Notes: generated by a model from the letters alone, not told the origin. 64,000 bases of DNA from Candidatus Kuenenia stuttgartensis (GCA_945873085.1 CAMCCR010000001.1:748-64747), one strand, 5' to 3'; shown: positions 39,984 to 49,584, counted from the stretch's first letter. A program made the numbers and translations.

Positions 39984-40613
39984 CTACGCCGCGGCACCCT
40001 CATCGCCATCCTTCTTCAACGGTACGCCCATCGCACGAAGAAACTGCCTCGCCTCGTCGTCGTTCTTGGCCGACGTGACGAGCGTGATGTTCATTCCTTG
40101 CGGACGAGTGTACTTGTCCGGATTGATTTCCGGGAAAACCATCTGTTCAGAGAGTCCGAGACTGTAGTTACCGTGGCCGTCGAAAGCTGTGCTCGACAGT
40201 CCCCGGAAGTCGCGGACGCGCGGCAAGGCCAACGAAACGAGCCGATCAAGAAACTCGTACATCCGGCGACCACGAAGCGTGACCTTACATCCGATGGGGA
40301 GATTTTCGCGAAGCTTAAATCCCGAGACGGCAACCTTCGAAAGCGTGGCGATCGGCTTTTGCCCCGTGACCTGAGTCAGCGCACCAATAGCCTCTTCGAG
40401 ATACTTCTTTTCGGTGACGGCGATTCCGACGCCCATGTTTACCACGATCTTCTCAAGCCGCGGGATAGCGTGGGCATTGGTGCGATCGAGCGCCTTGCTG
40501 AGGGCCGGTTGCACCGTCTTGAGGTAGTGCTCAAGCATGCGCGGCGTCTCCAACGGGCCGGTCGCCTCCGAGGCACCCTTCTCGACGTCACTTGCTTTGG
40601 TCTTCTTCGCCAT
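39984..40613 (-). CDS. rplE: 50S ribosomal protein L5
   Basis: IPRLEKIVVNMGVG and FDGHGNYSLGLSEQMVFPEI. Start at ATG 40613 gives a Lys-rich N-terminal extension of about 25 aa. The internal ATG (MLEHYLKTV) is an alternative start. Confidence 0.93.
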   Translation of the reverse strand: MAKKTKASDVEKGASEATGPLETPRMLEHYLKTVQPALSKALDRTNAHAIPRLEKIVVNMGVGIAVTEKKYLEEAIGALTQVTGQKPIATLSKVAVSGFKLRENLPIGCKVTLRGRRMYEFLDRLVSLALPRVRDFRGLSSTAFDGHGNYSLGLSEQMVFPEINPDKYTRPQGMNITLVTSAKNDDEARQFLRAMGVPLKKDGDEGAAA

Positions 40614-40748
40614 CACAACCGTCCTTTTTATTGTCCTGTCCGTCGCCCCGAGGATCCCCGGAGCCAATCTCAACAACTTGCTGTTCCAGCGGCCCCGCCG
40701 TCAATCATCGTGGTCGCTCGAGCCTCGATCCTTGCCCGAGTCCATCGC

Positions 40749-41087
40749 TCACTTCGCCGCTTTTGCAGCCCGTATCTTACCGTTGTCGGCGCCGCACTTC
40801 CTGCAAGCCCGCACTCGCCCGCCGTCCGCAAGCACCTTCACACCAAGCCTTGCCGCCTTGTCGCACGACGCACAGACGACGAGGACGTTGGAGGCGTCGA
40901 TCGGCATTTCCTTGCTCAGCCGCCCCCCCTGGGGATTCTTTTGGCTGCGCCGCATGTGACGGTAGACGAGGTTCACCCCCTCCACCACAATTTTGCCGTC
41001 GGCCCGACGAACAGATAACACCTTGGCACGAGTGCCCTTGGCGTTGCCCGTCTTCACTTCAACCATGTCGCCAGAACGGATCAACAT
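40749..41087 (-). CDS. rplX: 50S ribosomal protein L24
   Basis: KOW motif GDMVEVKTGNAKGTRAKV. A C-terminal CASC...CRKC four-Cys pattern, as seen in some bacterial L24 such as Thermus. The start shares 1 nt with the rplN stop. Confidence 0.95.
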   Translation of the reverse strand: MLIRSGDMVEVKTGNAKGTRAKVLSVRRADGKIVVEGVNLVYRHMRRSQKNPQGGRLSKEMPIDASNVLVVCASCDKAARLGVKVLADGGRVRACRKCGADNGKIRAAKAAK

Positions 41088-41455
41088 CAGACCACCTCGC
41101 TCGCCAAGCTGACGATTTTCATGAAATTTCGATCCCGCAACTCACGGGCGACGGCACCGAAAATACGCGTGCCCTTCGGATTCTTGTCGTTGTCAATGAT
41201 AACGCAGGCGTTGGTATCAAACCGCACGTAGCTGCCGTCATCTCGACGAGTGGGCTGCTTGCAGCGCACGATCACGGCCTTGACGACCGCCTTCTTCTTC
41301 ACGTCACTGCCGGGAATGACGCTTTTGACGCTGCAAACGATAATGTCACCGATACCAGCGGTACGCTTCTTGCTTCCGCCTAACACCTTGAAGCACATGA
41401 CTTCCTTGGCGCCAGTGTTGTCAGCAACGACCAACCGCGATTGCATCTGGATCAT
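41087..41455 (-). CDS. rplN: 50S ribosomal protein L14
   Basis: [27 protein letters not shown]. Confidence 0.97.
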   Translation of the reverse strand: MIQMQSRLVVADNTGAKEVMCFKVLGGSKKRTAGIGDIIVCSVKSVIPGSDVKKKAVVKAVIVRCKQPTRRDDGSYVRFDTNACVIIDNDKNPKGTRIFGAVARELRDRNFMKIVSLASEVV

Positions 41456-41814
41456 TTCGAGGCTCCTTCTCCGGCCTTACGACCGGTCGCCGACGCTTCC
41501 TCGGCCTTGGCGGCCGATTCGTTGAATTGGGTCGCCCGGGCACCGCTCCGCAGCGACGCCACGTCGACTGCCGTGCTCTTGGTCACCACACGCACGAGTT
41601 CCCAACGCTTCAGCCGGCTCCGCGGGCGGCACTCTATGATCTCAACAAGATCACCAGGCCCAGACGTCTCATCCTCATCGTGCACGTGGCAGATCGTCCG
41701 CCGATGGAGGATTCGCCCATACTTGTTGTGCCGCACAACTCGCGGGATCTCAACGCGCCGCGTCTTGCTTGACGCGGCACTGGTCACCGTGCCTGTTTCG
41801 ACTCGCCTTGGCAT
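41452..41814 (-). CDS. rpsQ: 30S ribosomal protein S17
   Basis: [40 protein letters not shown] and [21 protein letters not shown], with an added C-terminal tail of about 35 aa. ATGA overlap with rplN. Confidence 0.95.
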   Translation of the reverse strand: MPRRVETGTVTSAASSKTRRVEIPRVVRHNKYGRILHRRTICHVHDEDETSGPGDLVEIIECRPRSRLKRWELVRVVTKSTAVDVASLRSGARATQFNESAAKAEEASATGRKAGEGASK

Positions 41815-41910
41815 GACTGCTTCCTGTCTGACTTCTTTCCGCCCGCCTCAGATCCCCGACCCCGAACTCCCTGACGCACGGGCCCGGCCAACTGCCGACC
41901 CGCTCGTCTA

Positions 41911-42285
41911 TCACTCGCCGCTTTGCGACTGCTTTTTGAACTCCCGACGTCCGGCAACACCGGCCTTGCCAGGCTGTTGGATCTTGGCTCGGCCCGCCGC
42001 TCGCTTCTTTTTGGCGTGCTTGCCATGGAGCCCAGCGTCGTGAGCAACCTTCGACTCCGCCGGGGCCCCATCCGACCCAGCTGCAGGGACCACAAGCGTC
42101 CCACGCTGAGCAAGGATGGTCTGGCAACGAGCGATCGACCGACGCTGCTTCCGCACATCGCACGGCGAAGCAAGCTTCTCGGTCTGAGCCTGCAAACGAA
42201 GCTTGAACAGCGTCTCGGCCGAGTCCTTCCAGACCAGCCGAATCTGTTCGTCACTCATTTCTCGAAGTTCACGCGCTTTGGTCAT
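41911..42285 (-). CDS. rpmC: 50S ribosomal protein L29 with long basic C-terminal extension
   Basis: Start at ATG 42285: MTKARELREMSDEQIRLVWKDSAETLFKLRLQAQTEKL (L29 core), followed by a Lys/Ala/Gly-rich tail of about 55 aa. 124 aa total. Confidence 0.9.
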   Translation of the reverse strand: MTKARELREMSDEQIRLVWKDSAETLFKLRLQAQTEKLASPCDVRKQRRSIARCQTILAQRGTLVVPAAGSDGAPAESKVAHDAGLHGKHAKKKRAAGRAKIQQPGKAGVAGRREFKKQSQSGE

Positions 42286-42448
42286 GTCTGCCGCCCGGGA
42301 GATTTGCTCTGCCGACACAATTCCAGAACCGTTCGCTCCAGGCCGTCTGCCCGGATACCGCGAATCGGCCCTACCACCGTCACTCGCCACCGCCACAACA
42401 CACTCGACCACGGTCAGAGATGACTCGCATCCAGACCCGGGATTTCTT

Positions 42449-42865
42449 TTACATGACACGCCGTTTCACAAACCGAACGCGAACCGGCATCTTGTGCGCG
42501 AGGCGTGCCAAGCACACCCGCGCCGCTTCTTCCGAAACGCCACCGATCTCGTAAAGAACCGTGCCTGGCTTGATCACGGCCGCCCAAAACTCGGGTTCGC
42601 CTTTTCCCTTACCCATTCGGGTCTCGAGGGGAATCGACGTAATCGACTTGTGGGGAAACACACGTACGTACAGCCGGCCCTCGTTTCGGAGGTACTGACT
42701 GGCCGCAATGCGCCCGGCCTCGATCGTCGCGGCAGCGAGCCAACCCGGTTGTTCGGCCTGGAGGCCGTAGTCACCGAAGACGACGCGGTTGCCGCGAGAG
42801 GCATCACCTCTTATACGACCTCTTTGGCTTTTTCGGTGCTTGACCCTCTTGGGCATCAGCGCCAT
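42449..42865 (-). CDS. rplP: 50S ribosomal protein L16
   Basis: MALMPKRVKHRKSQRGRIRG and RMGKGKGEPEFWAAVIKPG. Three in-frame ATGs (42871, 42865, 42856) are possible starts, and all overlap the 3' end of rpsC. Confidence 0.95.
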   Translation of the reverse strand: MALMPKRVKHRKSQRGRIRGDASRGNRVVFGDYGLQAEQPGWLAAATIEAGRIAASQYLRNEGRLYVRVFPHKSITSIPLETRMGKGKGEPEFWAAVIKPGTVLYEIGGVSEEAARVCLARLAHKMPVRVRFVKRRVM

Positions 42866-43499
42866 CGCCATTCTCCTCGTACATGCCTTGGTTGACCCAC
42901 ACTTGAACGCCAATGTTGCCCTGCGCGGTGGGAGCCTCGCAGAACCCGTAATCAATCTTCGCGCGAATCGTCGACAGGGGCATCGACCCTGCGATTCCCT
43001 TCTCGCACCGTGACATTTCGGCACCGCCAAGCCGCCCGGCGAGTTGTATTTTCACGCCCTTGGCACCCGCGTCCATGGTCGTGTCGATGGCACGCTTCAT
43101 GGTGCGGCGGAAAGCTGCCCGCTTGGTGAGTTGGTCACAGATGTCCTCGGCGATCAATTGAGCTTGGATCTCAGGCCTCGAAACTTCCTCGACCTTGAGA
43201 TTCACGCGCCTACCGAGCAGTTTCTGTAGTTCGTCCTGAAGACGATCGACCTCCTGGCCCTTTCGGCCGATCAACACACCAGGACGGGCTGAGTGAAGGA
43301 TCACTTTGACCTCATCCCGTGTCCGCTCAATCTCGATCTTGGGGATCGCGGCAGCGCGATACTTCGTCTTGATGAAGCGACGAACCTTGAAATCCTCCAT
43401 GAGGAGATCGCGGAAGTCCTTCTTCGAGGCGTACCAGCGGCTCTTCCACGGCTCGGTGATTCCGGTACGGAAACCGATGGGGTTGACCTTCTGTCCCAT
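42804..43499 (-). CDS. rpsC: 30S ribosomal protein S3
   Basis: Start at ATG 43499: MGQKVNPIGFRTGITEPWKSRWYA, with a KH domain and the basic tail PKKPKRSYKR. Confidence 0.96.
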   Translation of the reverse strand: MGQKVNPIGFRTGITEPWKSRWYASKKDFRDLLMEDFKVRRFIKTKYRAAAIPKIEIERTRDEVKVILHSARPGVLIGRKGQEVDRLQDELQKLLGRRVNLKVEEVSRPEIQAQLIAEDICDQLTKRAAFRRTMKRAIDTTMDAGAKGVKIQLAGRLGGAEMSRCEKGIAGSMPLSTIRAKIDYGFCEAPTAQGNIGVQVWVNQGMYEENGDGADAQEGQAPKKPKRSYKR

Positions 43500-43592
43500 G
43501 AACTCATTCCTGCCTTGTTGTCGTAAGCTTTGCTTTGTGTCCTGCGTTACCCGCAACGATCGGATTGAACCCCGACCGAGAACCGCCCCTGG

Positions 43593-43931
43593 TCACTCCG
43601 CCGGTGCTTCCAACGCCACTTTGATGTGAGACATCCGCCGCTTGATGCCGAACGCCATGCCACGGGCACGGGGTCGGATCCGCTTGAACATCGGACCACC
43701 ATCCACCCGGGCGTCGATGACAACGAGGTCATCAACGGCGGGCGCCTGCTGGTGCTCTGCGTTTCCCAGAGCGCTCTTGATAACCTTCTCGAGCATCCGT
43801 GCACCACGATGGGGCTGGAAGCGTAGGATGTCGAGCGCCTCATCCGCGAACTTGCCGCGGACAAGATCGGCCAGCGCCCGCACCTTGCGGGGACTGATCC
43901 GTGCGAACTTGTGAATTGCCGTGTACGCCAT
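43593..43931 (-). CDS. rplV: 50S ribosomal protein L22
   Basis: ARISPRKVRALADLVRGK and DGGPMFKRIRPRARGMAFGIKRRMSHI. Confidence 0.96.
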   Translation of the reverse strand: MAYTAIHKFARISPRKVRALADLVRGKFADEALDILRFQPHRGARMLEKVIKSALGNAEHQQAPAVDDLVVIDARVDGGPMFKRIRPRARGMAFGIKRRMSHIKVALEAPAE

Positions 43932-43984
43932 TGCTCACCTCGCTCCCATGCCAGGCTTCCCTGCGGAAACCCAACTCAGCCGCA

Positions 43985-44263
43985 TCACTTCGCCGCTTCC
44001 TTGACCTTGCCGCCGTGCCCGCGGAACGTCCGCGTCGGGGCGAACTCGCCGAGCTTGTGACCGACCATGTCCTCGGTGACAAACACTTTGAGGTGCTGCT
44101 TGCCGTTGTGGACCATGAACGTCAACCCAATGAATTCCGGTACGATCGTGCAGGCTCGAGACCAAGTCTTGATCGGATCTCGCTTGCTGCCAGCCAGCTG
44201 AGCCTCGACCTTCTCATAAAGTCGGGGGTCGATGTACGGCCCCTTCTTTGAACTGCGTCCCAT
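43985..44263 (-). CDS. rpsS: 30S ribosomal protein S19
   Basis: [15 protein letters not shown] and [17 protein letters not shown]. Confidence 0.97.
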   Translation of the reverse strand: MGRSSKKGPYIDPRLYEKVEAQLAGSKRDPIKTWSRACTIVPEFIGLTFMVHNGKQHLKVFVTEDMVGHKLGEFAPTRTFRGHGGKVKEAAK

Positions 44264-44388
44264 GATCTAGCGAGCGACTGGCGCTCTCCCCTGCTGACTG
44301 TTGATTGCTCTGACTGGCCGTGTTTTTTCTACTGGCAGATGATACCTGCTTAACCGCCTCCGCCTCCTCGAAAAGAGGCACAACCGGC

Positions 44389-45246
44389 TTAGCGAAGCTT
44401 GAGTTGACCGTACCGCCGACTCTTTCGACGCTTGATGATCGCCGAGCCAGAAGGCTTCCGCGGCTTCCGCGTACCACCACCCTTGGCGCTCTTCCCGGTA
44501 GGGCTGACCGGATGACGGCCGCCCTTGGTGCGACCCTCACCACCGCCGTGAGGATGATCGATCGGATTCATCGCGGTACCGCGGACGGTCGGGCGAATAC
44601 CCATCCAACGCTTCCGCCCAGCCTTCCCGAGGACCACATTCATGTGCTCCGAATTGCCGATCGCGCCAATGGTGGCACGACAGGCCGCCGGTACACGGCG
44701 GATTTCACCGCTAGGAAGCGTGAGCTGAGCCCACTGCGACTCGCGGGCCACAAGCACAGCCGAGGAACCGGCCGATCGGCAGAGTCGGCCGCCTCTCCCC
44801 GCTTGCAATTCGACGTTGTGAACCTGCATGCCGAGCGGAATCGCCGACATCGGAAGGCAATTCCCAACTTCGGGAGGGGCCTCTGCGCCACTCAGGACGG
44901 TGGTGCCGACCTTCAGACCCTCGGGGGCCAAAATGAATCGCTTCTCACCGTCCGCGTAGATCACCAAAGCCACGCGACATGTGCGGTTGGGATCGTACTG
45001 AATGGAATCGATTTTCCCAGGAACCCCGTCCTTGTTTCGCCGGAAATCGATCAACCGGTAATGCTGCATGTGACCGCCGCCACGATGCCGCGACGTGATC
45101 TTACCCTGGTTGTTTCGCCCGCCGGTCTTGTGCTTACGAACGCGGAGTTGCTTCGGCGCCTCTGCGCCCGGCGTGAGCTCCTTGAAGTCGGAGACGCTGG
45201 CGTTGCGACGGCCAGGACTGGTCGGGTTGTAGTTGCGGATTCCCAT
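44389..45246 (-). CDS. rplB: 50S ribosomal protein L2
   Basis: Start at ATG 45246: [15 protein letters not shown]. Also [17 protein letters not shown] and [14 protein letters not shown]. Confidence 0.97.
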   Translation of the reverse strand: MGIRNYNPTSPGRRNASVSDFKELTPGAEAPKQLRVRKHKTGGRNNQGKITSRHRGGGHMQHYRLIDFRRNKDGVPGKIDSIQYDPNRTCRVALVIYADGEKRFILAPEGLKVGTTVLSGAEAPPEVGNCLPMSAIPLGMQVHNVELQAGRGGRLCRSAGSSAVLVARESQWAQLTLPSGEIRRVPAACRATIGAIGNSEHMNVVLGKAGRKRWMGIRPTVRGTAMNPIDHPHGGGEGRTKGGRHPVSPTGKSAKGGGTRKPRKPSGSAIIKRRKSRRYGQLKLR

Positions 45247-45305
45247 GGCTTCGGAAGCTCTCGTGTCTCGTGTTTCGCGGTTGGCTCTTGTAGTCGATGA
45301 ACCGT

Positions 45306-45626
45306 TCAGAACAGATCGATCTTGAAATCTGCCTTCAGGGTCACGATGGCCTTCTTCCAAGCCTTCGCGCTCGTCCGACGCGTACGGCTGCGTCGAGCCT
45401 TGCCGAGACGGTTTTGGACCGCGACCTTCTCAACCTTGACATTGAACATCTCCTCCACAGCACGACGGATGTCGGGCTTGGTTGCCTGAGTGACAACCTC
45501 GAAGGAATAGGCGCCATTGCGCTGAGCCCGATGCATCCCCTTCTCAGTGACGAGCGGGCGGACGATCACTTGGTGGGAACCAAGCCGCGGATTCAGCTTC
45601 GGGGGTGGCGGAACGGGGACGGCCAT
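45306..45626 (-). CDS. rplW: 50S ribosomal protein L23
   Basis: [45 protein letters not shown]. Confidence 0.95.
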   Translation of the reverse strand: MAVPVPPPPKLNPRLGSHQVIVRPLVTEKGMHRAQRNGAYSFEVVTQATKPDIRRAVEEMFNVKVEKVAVQNRLGKARRSRTRRTSAKAWKKAIVTLKADFKIDLF

Positions 45627-45629
45627 GAA

Positions 45630-46352
45630 TCACTCTCCTCGCGTGGTCTTGCGGGCTGCCGCGGCCTTAGCGACCGGCTTCGATGCCTTCCGCGCCGATG
45701 TCGGACGCGAAGCCGGCGACTTAACCTTGGCCTTTACCGACGCACGAAATGCGTCAATCGCAGCTGTGGTCATCACGATCTTGCGCGGCCGCAGAATGGT
45801 CCAGGCGTTGAGGTCACCGACGGGCGACACAGAGACACCTTCGATATTCCGAGCCGACTTCCAGAGATTCTCGTCGTGCTTCTCTGGGGCGACGAGCACC
45901 GTGTGCTCACAAACACCGAGCGCACCAAGCAGACCGTAAACGGTCGAAGTCTTGGGGGCTGTCATCGCGAGCGAATCAACGAGACGGACCTCGTCGTCGG
46001 CGAGCCTTGCAGCCAAGGCCATTCGCGTTGCGGCCTGAAGCGACTTGCGCGGCATCCGAAACCCAAAGTCACGGGGCCGCTTGGCAAAGATGTGACCGCC
46101 GCCACGTCGCGTTCCACTCCGCCGACCACCAGCACGAGCATTGCCCGTACCCTTCTGGCGATAGAGTTTCTTCGTCGACCCAGCGACTTCACCCCGCGAC
46201 TTTGTGCGGTGCGTTCCCTGACGGAGATTCGCCTGGTACATCACCACGGCGTCGTGCAGGAGTTGCTTGTTGACCGAGGGAGCAAGCTCCGCAGGGTCGA
46301 TTTCGTACGTTCCGACCTGCTTGCCGCTCAGGTCATATACGGCGAGATTCAC
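45630..46352 (-). CDS. rplD: 50S ribosomal protein L4
   Basis: TKSRGEVAGSTKKLYRQKGTGNARAGGRRSGTRRGGG, with a Lys/Ala-rich C-terminal tail. 4-nt overlap with rplC. Confidence 0.96.
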   Translation of the reverse strand: MNLAVYDLSGKQVGTYEIDPAELAPSVNKQLLHDAVVMYQANLRQGTHRTKSRGEVAGSTKKLYRQKGTGNARAGGRRSGTRRGGGHIFAKRPRDFGFRMPRKSLQAATRMALAARLADDEVRLVDSLAMTAPKTSTVYGLLGALGVCEHTVLVAPEKHDENLWKSARNIEGVSVSPVGDLNAWTILRPRKIVMTTAAIDAFRASVKAKVKSPASRPTSARKASKPVAKAAAARKTTRGE

Positions 46353-47176
46353 TTCGCACCTGCCTTCTTCTTCTTGGAAACCGGCGCGCCGGGACCGGCA
46401 ACCTTCTTGATCAGATTGGTCTGCTGGACGACCACCATCGCCCCGTTCGGACCGGGAACCGCTCCTCGCACGAGCAGGAGGTGATTCTCCTTGTCGACAC
46501 GGACGACCTTCAGGTTCCGCATGGTGGATCGCTCGTTTCCGAAGCGCCCTGCCATCCGCTTACCCTTGAAGACGCGAGCCGGTGAGGTGTTCATGCCCGT
46601 ACCGCCTTGATGGCGGTGCACCTTCTTCACACCGTGGGACGCCCGCTGCCCCTTGAAGCCGTGCCGCTTCATGACGCCGGCAGTGCCGCGCCCCTTGGTG
46701 GTGCCAGTCACGTCGACGCGAGCGACACCCTCAAACACCTCGACGGAGAGATCCTGACCGACCTCAATCCCCTCGGCAGTCCCGCGAAACTCGCGCACGA
46801 AACGCTTCGGCTCGCACCCGGGCTTAGGAAGCGAAACGACTCCAGCCTCTGCCCTGCGCTGGCTACGCTTGCTTTCCAGATCGGCGACTTGCCCCCGGAC
46901 CGAGCGACTAGCCAACCGACGAGGCTTATCAAGAAACCCGACCTGAAGGGCCGAGTAGCCATCACGCTCGAGCGAGCGGAGACGCAGAACCTTGCAAGGC
47001 CCGGCCTCGATGACAGTCACCGGCACCACTGTGCCGTCGGTGTCGAACACCTGAGTCATGCCCACCTTGCGCCCGATCAACCCCTTGCGGGCCGGACGCT
47101 CAGCCCTGGCACGCGCTCCCCTGGAGCCCTTGGCCCCAGCAGAAGCAATGTTACCGGTCGTTTCTTGAGCAGCCAT
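46349..47176 (-). CDS. rplC: 50S ribosomal protein L3
   Basis: GLIGRKVGMTQVF and KGFKGQRASHG. ATG 47176 gives an N-terminal extension of about 30 aa. The in-frame TTG at the GLIG motif is a shorter alternative start. Confidence 0.95.
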   Translation of the reverse strand: MAAQETTGNIASAGAKGSRGARARAERPARKGLIGRKVGMTQVFDTDGTVVPVTVIEAGPCKVLRLRSLERDGYSALQVGFLDKPRRLASRSVRGQVADLESKRSQRRAEAGVVSLPKPGCEPKRFVREFRGTAEGIEVGQDLSVEVFEGVARVDVTGTTKGRGTAGVMKRHGFKGQRASHGVKKVHRHQGGTGMNTSPARVFKGKRMAGRFGNERSTMRNLKVVRVDKENHLLLVRGAVPGPNGAMVVVQQTNLIKKVAGPGAPVSKKKKAGAK

Positions 47177-47419
47177 GTTGTACGCCGTCGAAGCTCCCCA
47201 CTTCCCTACGAAGGAAAGCCGAGGCTACCTCTGGATCACGCTCGAAGCCGCTGGCTGCAGGAGCACCCAATCGCGCCACCCCCTTTCGGAAGCAGGCCAC
47301 TGAGCCTTACCCACAACGCCTTCCAAGCATGCCGTGTCGGACGCTCCTGAAAGTGTTGAAAAAACCCACTAAAAACCACCGCCGCGAACCATGACGGCAC
47401 CCCGTCAATCCCGCGACGA

Positions 47420-47746
47420 CTATCTCGACGAAGCCTTGATCTTGATGTCGACACCCGCCGGCAAACTCAATTTATTGAGCGCCTCAATCGTCTTGGCTGT
47501 CGCCTGCACGATGTCAATCACGCGCTTGTGCGTGCGGATTTCGTACTGCTGCCGTGCCTTCTTGTCGACGTGCGGGCTTGAAAGAACAGTGTATCGCTCA
47601 ATCCTGGTCGGAAGGGGAATCGGACCATGGACTTCGGAGTTGGTTCGCTTGGCAGTATCGACAATCTCAGCCGCACTCTGATCGAGCACGCTGTGGTCGT
47701 AGGCTTCCATGCGAATGCGGATGATTTCTTGGGTTGGCCCTGCCAC
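47420..47746 (-). CDS. rpsJ: 30S ribosomal protein S10
   Basis: GTG start at 47746, preceded by GGAG. Reads (M)[23 protein letters not shown], then RTHKRVIDI. Confidence 0.97.
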   Translation of the reverse strand: MAGPTQEIIRIRMEAYDHSVLDQSAAEIVDTAKRTNSEVHGPIPLPTRIERYTVLSSPHVDKKARQQYEIRTHKRVIDIVQATAKTIEALNKLSLPAGVDIKIKASSR

Positions 47747-48097
47747 GGCTTACTCCACTGATACTGGCCTATCGAACCTGAAACACCGCGCGAACTCACC
47801 AAGCTCAACAAACCCCACAACTGCTCGACCAAGACTGCCGGCGGGCCTCAACCCTGCCCCACAGACCCCAGCCAAGCCAATCGGAAAAAAAACCAAACAA
47901 ATCGACCAAAATCCACCAACCTGCTCTCCACGACGCCCTCAGCGCCCCGACCAGGCCTCTTCCAGAGGGCATTGGGCCCCGGGAAGCCGGTGGAAACGAT
48001 GCGATCCCTCCGGATGAACATGGGTTGGAGGGACCCGCTGCGACAGCCTCCAGTGGCCATTGAAGGCCACGGGCGTCGCTGTGGGATCGAAGAGGAG

Positions 48098-48126
48098 AAT
48101 GTAAGGATGGGCGAGTGCGGTGTCAA
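48098..48126 (-). promoter_or_regulatory. candidate sigma70-like promoter of the S10 ribosomal operon
   Basis: Minus strand: TTGACA (48126-48121), 17-nt spacer, TACATT (48103-48098). This would give a leader of about 340 nt before rpsJ. Pattern match only. Confidence 0.25.
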
Positions 48127-48144
48127 CATACCCCCTCCTTCTGG

Positions 48145-48177
48145 CGCGAGAAAAGGGGCTTTTCACGCGATTTTCTT
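48145..48177 (+). terminator. intrinsic-terminator-like hairpin with T-tract, no annotated gene upstream on this strand
   Basis: CGCGAGAAAAG-GGG-CTTTTCACGCG (48145-48169; 10 bp with one A/A mismatch), followed by ATTTTCTTG. The orientation fits a + strand transcript. Confidence 0.3.
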
Positions 48178-48531
48178 GTCGAGAACCTGTTTCCCCCGTC
48201 GTTCGCCACGTCGAGGGGCACCGGCCTTGGCCACGCCACCCCCCTTTGTTAGGGGATCGACGAGGGTTCTTGCTCGGTTTCCCACATTCCATGAGCCAAC
48301 GGGGCGTCGGCCGGGAAGCAACCAGGCTTGCGATGATTGGGTTGAGTGGTGCGGGGAATTGCTCGTGGAATCTGGGGAAATTGCCGGGGAAGCCTTCTTT
48401 TCGCTCGGAAGACACCGTAAAAACTCTCGGGGTGCACGGGGCATCGGCCTCGCCCCTCTGGCGGCAGATCGAATCAGCCCTTTTTTTGATGGTCGAGCCG
48501 TTCGTCCGCCCCTTCCCATGAGACTTCCGCC

Positions 48532-49575
48532 ATGAAAGCGTTGCTGCTCACGTCCCCTGGGGAACTCGCCTTTACGGAAGTTGAAGTGCCCCAGCCGGGC
48601 CCCGGGGAGGTTCGCATCCGCGTGGCCGCCTGTGGGATCTGTGGGAGCGATGTCCATGGATTCACCGGGTCAACGGGGCGCCGCATCCCTCCCCTCGTGA
48701 TGGGGCACGAGGCGGCCGGCACGGTCGATACCGTTGGAGCGGGCGTCGACGATCTGGCCGTCGGCACTCGGGTCGCCCTCGACTCGACCGTCTTTTGTGG
48801 GCAATGCACCCATTGCCTCGACGGCCAGGAAAATCTCTGCACCGATCGGCAGGTGCTGGGCGTTTCCTGCGGGCCTTACCGTCGCCATGGCTGTTTCGCC
48901 GAGCAGGTGGTGGTGCCCCGTCGGGTGGTCTATCCAATCCCCGACAGCCTCGACTTCATCGCGGCATCTTTGCTGGAACCGCTCACCATTGCCCTTCACG
49001 CCGTTCATCTGGCGGGCGTCGGCCCGCAGACCCGATCGGCGGTGGTCGTCGGGGCCGGGCCGATCGGCTTGGCCTGCGTCGCTTCGCTGCGGGCCTACGG
49101 GGTGCCGAGGATTGCCGCGATCGATCTCGACGAGGGGCGACTCGTCCAGGCCCGCTCACTCGGCGCGACCGAGACGTTCGTTGCCGGAAATGACGCCGGC
49201 GTGAAGGCGGCGCGCTTCGGGACGTCGACGCCCGACACCGACGGCGCTGACGTGGTCTTCGAGGCGGTCGGGGCCACGGCGCCGGTGCGGACGGCGATCG
49301 AGGCCTGCACGCGCGGGGGCACCGTGGTGCTCGTCGGAAATGTTTCCCCCCAGATCGAGATGCCGCTCCAGATGGTTGTCACCCGGCAGTTGCGGCTCCA
49401 GGGATCCTGCTCGTCAGCCGGAAGCTATCCGGAAGCGATCCGGCTGGTCGCTGAGGGAAAGATCGACCTGTCTTGCTTTGTCAGCAAGGTAGCCCCCTTG
49501 TCGGAGGGAGTCGAGTGGTTCCATCGCCTCCACGAGCGGGAGCCGGGCCTCGTGAAGGTCGTGCTCACCCCCTGA
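48532..49575 (+). CDS. zinc-dependent alcohol/polyol dehydrogenase (MDR family)
   Basis: ACGICGSDVH, GHEAAGTV, the structural-zinc loop CGQCTHCLDGQENLC, and the Rossmann motif VVGAGPIGL. Confidence 0.88.
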   Translation: MKALLLTSPGELAFTEVEVPQPGPGEVRIRVAACGICGSDVHGFTGSTGRRIPPLVMGHEAAGTVDTVGAGVDDLAVGTRVALDSTVFCGQCTHCLDGQENLCTDRQVLGVSCGPYRRHGCFAEQVVVPRRVVYPIPDSLDFIAASLLEPLTIALHAVHLAGVGPQTRSAVVVGAGPIGLACVASLRAYGVPRIAAIDLDEGRLVQARSLGATETFVAGNDAGVKAARFGTSTPDTDGADVVFEAVGATAPVRTAIEACTRGGTVVLVGNVSPQIEMPLQMVVTRQLRLQGSCSSAGSYPEAIRLVAEGKIDLSCFVSKVAPLSEGVEWFHRLHEREPGLVKVVLTP

Positions 49576-49584
49576 TTCCTCGGT

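Noticed and set aside
47747-48531. Possible tRNA, tmRNA, RNase P or SRP RNA in the gene-free block
   Set aside because: I looked for T-loop GGTTCGAATCC-type arms, the tmRNA 3' end, and RNase P or SRP conserved boxes by eye and found none. A covariance-model scan is still needed.
47848-48657. ORFs inside the rpsJ-upstream block (47848..48129 -, 47972..48535 +, 48163..48657 -)
   Set aside because: Poor composition (Arg/Pro/Gly-rich, Trp/Cys scattered), mutual overlap and no motifs. The region is treated as non-coding.
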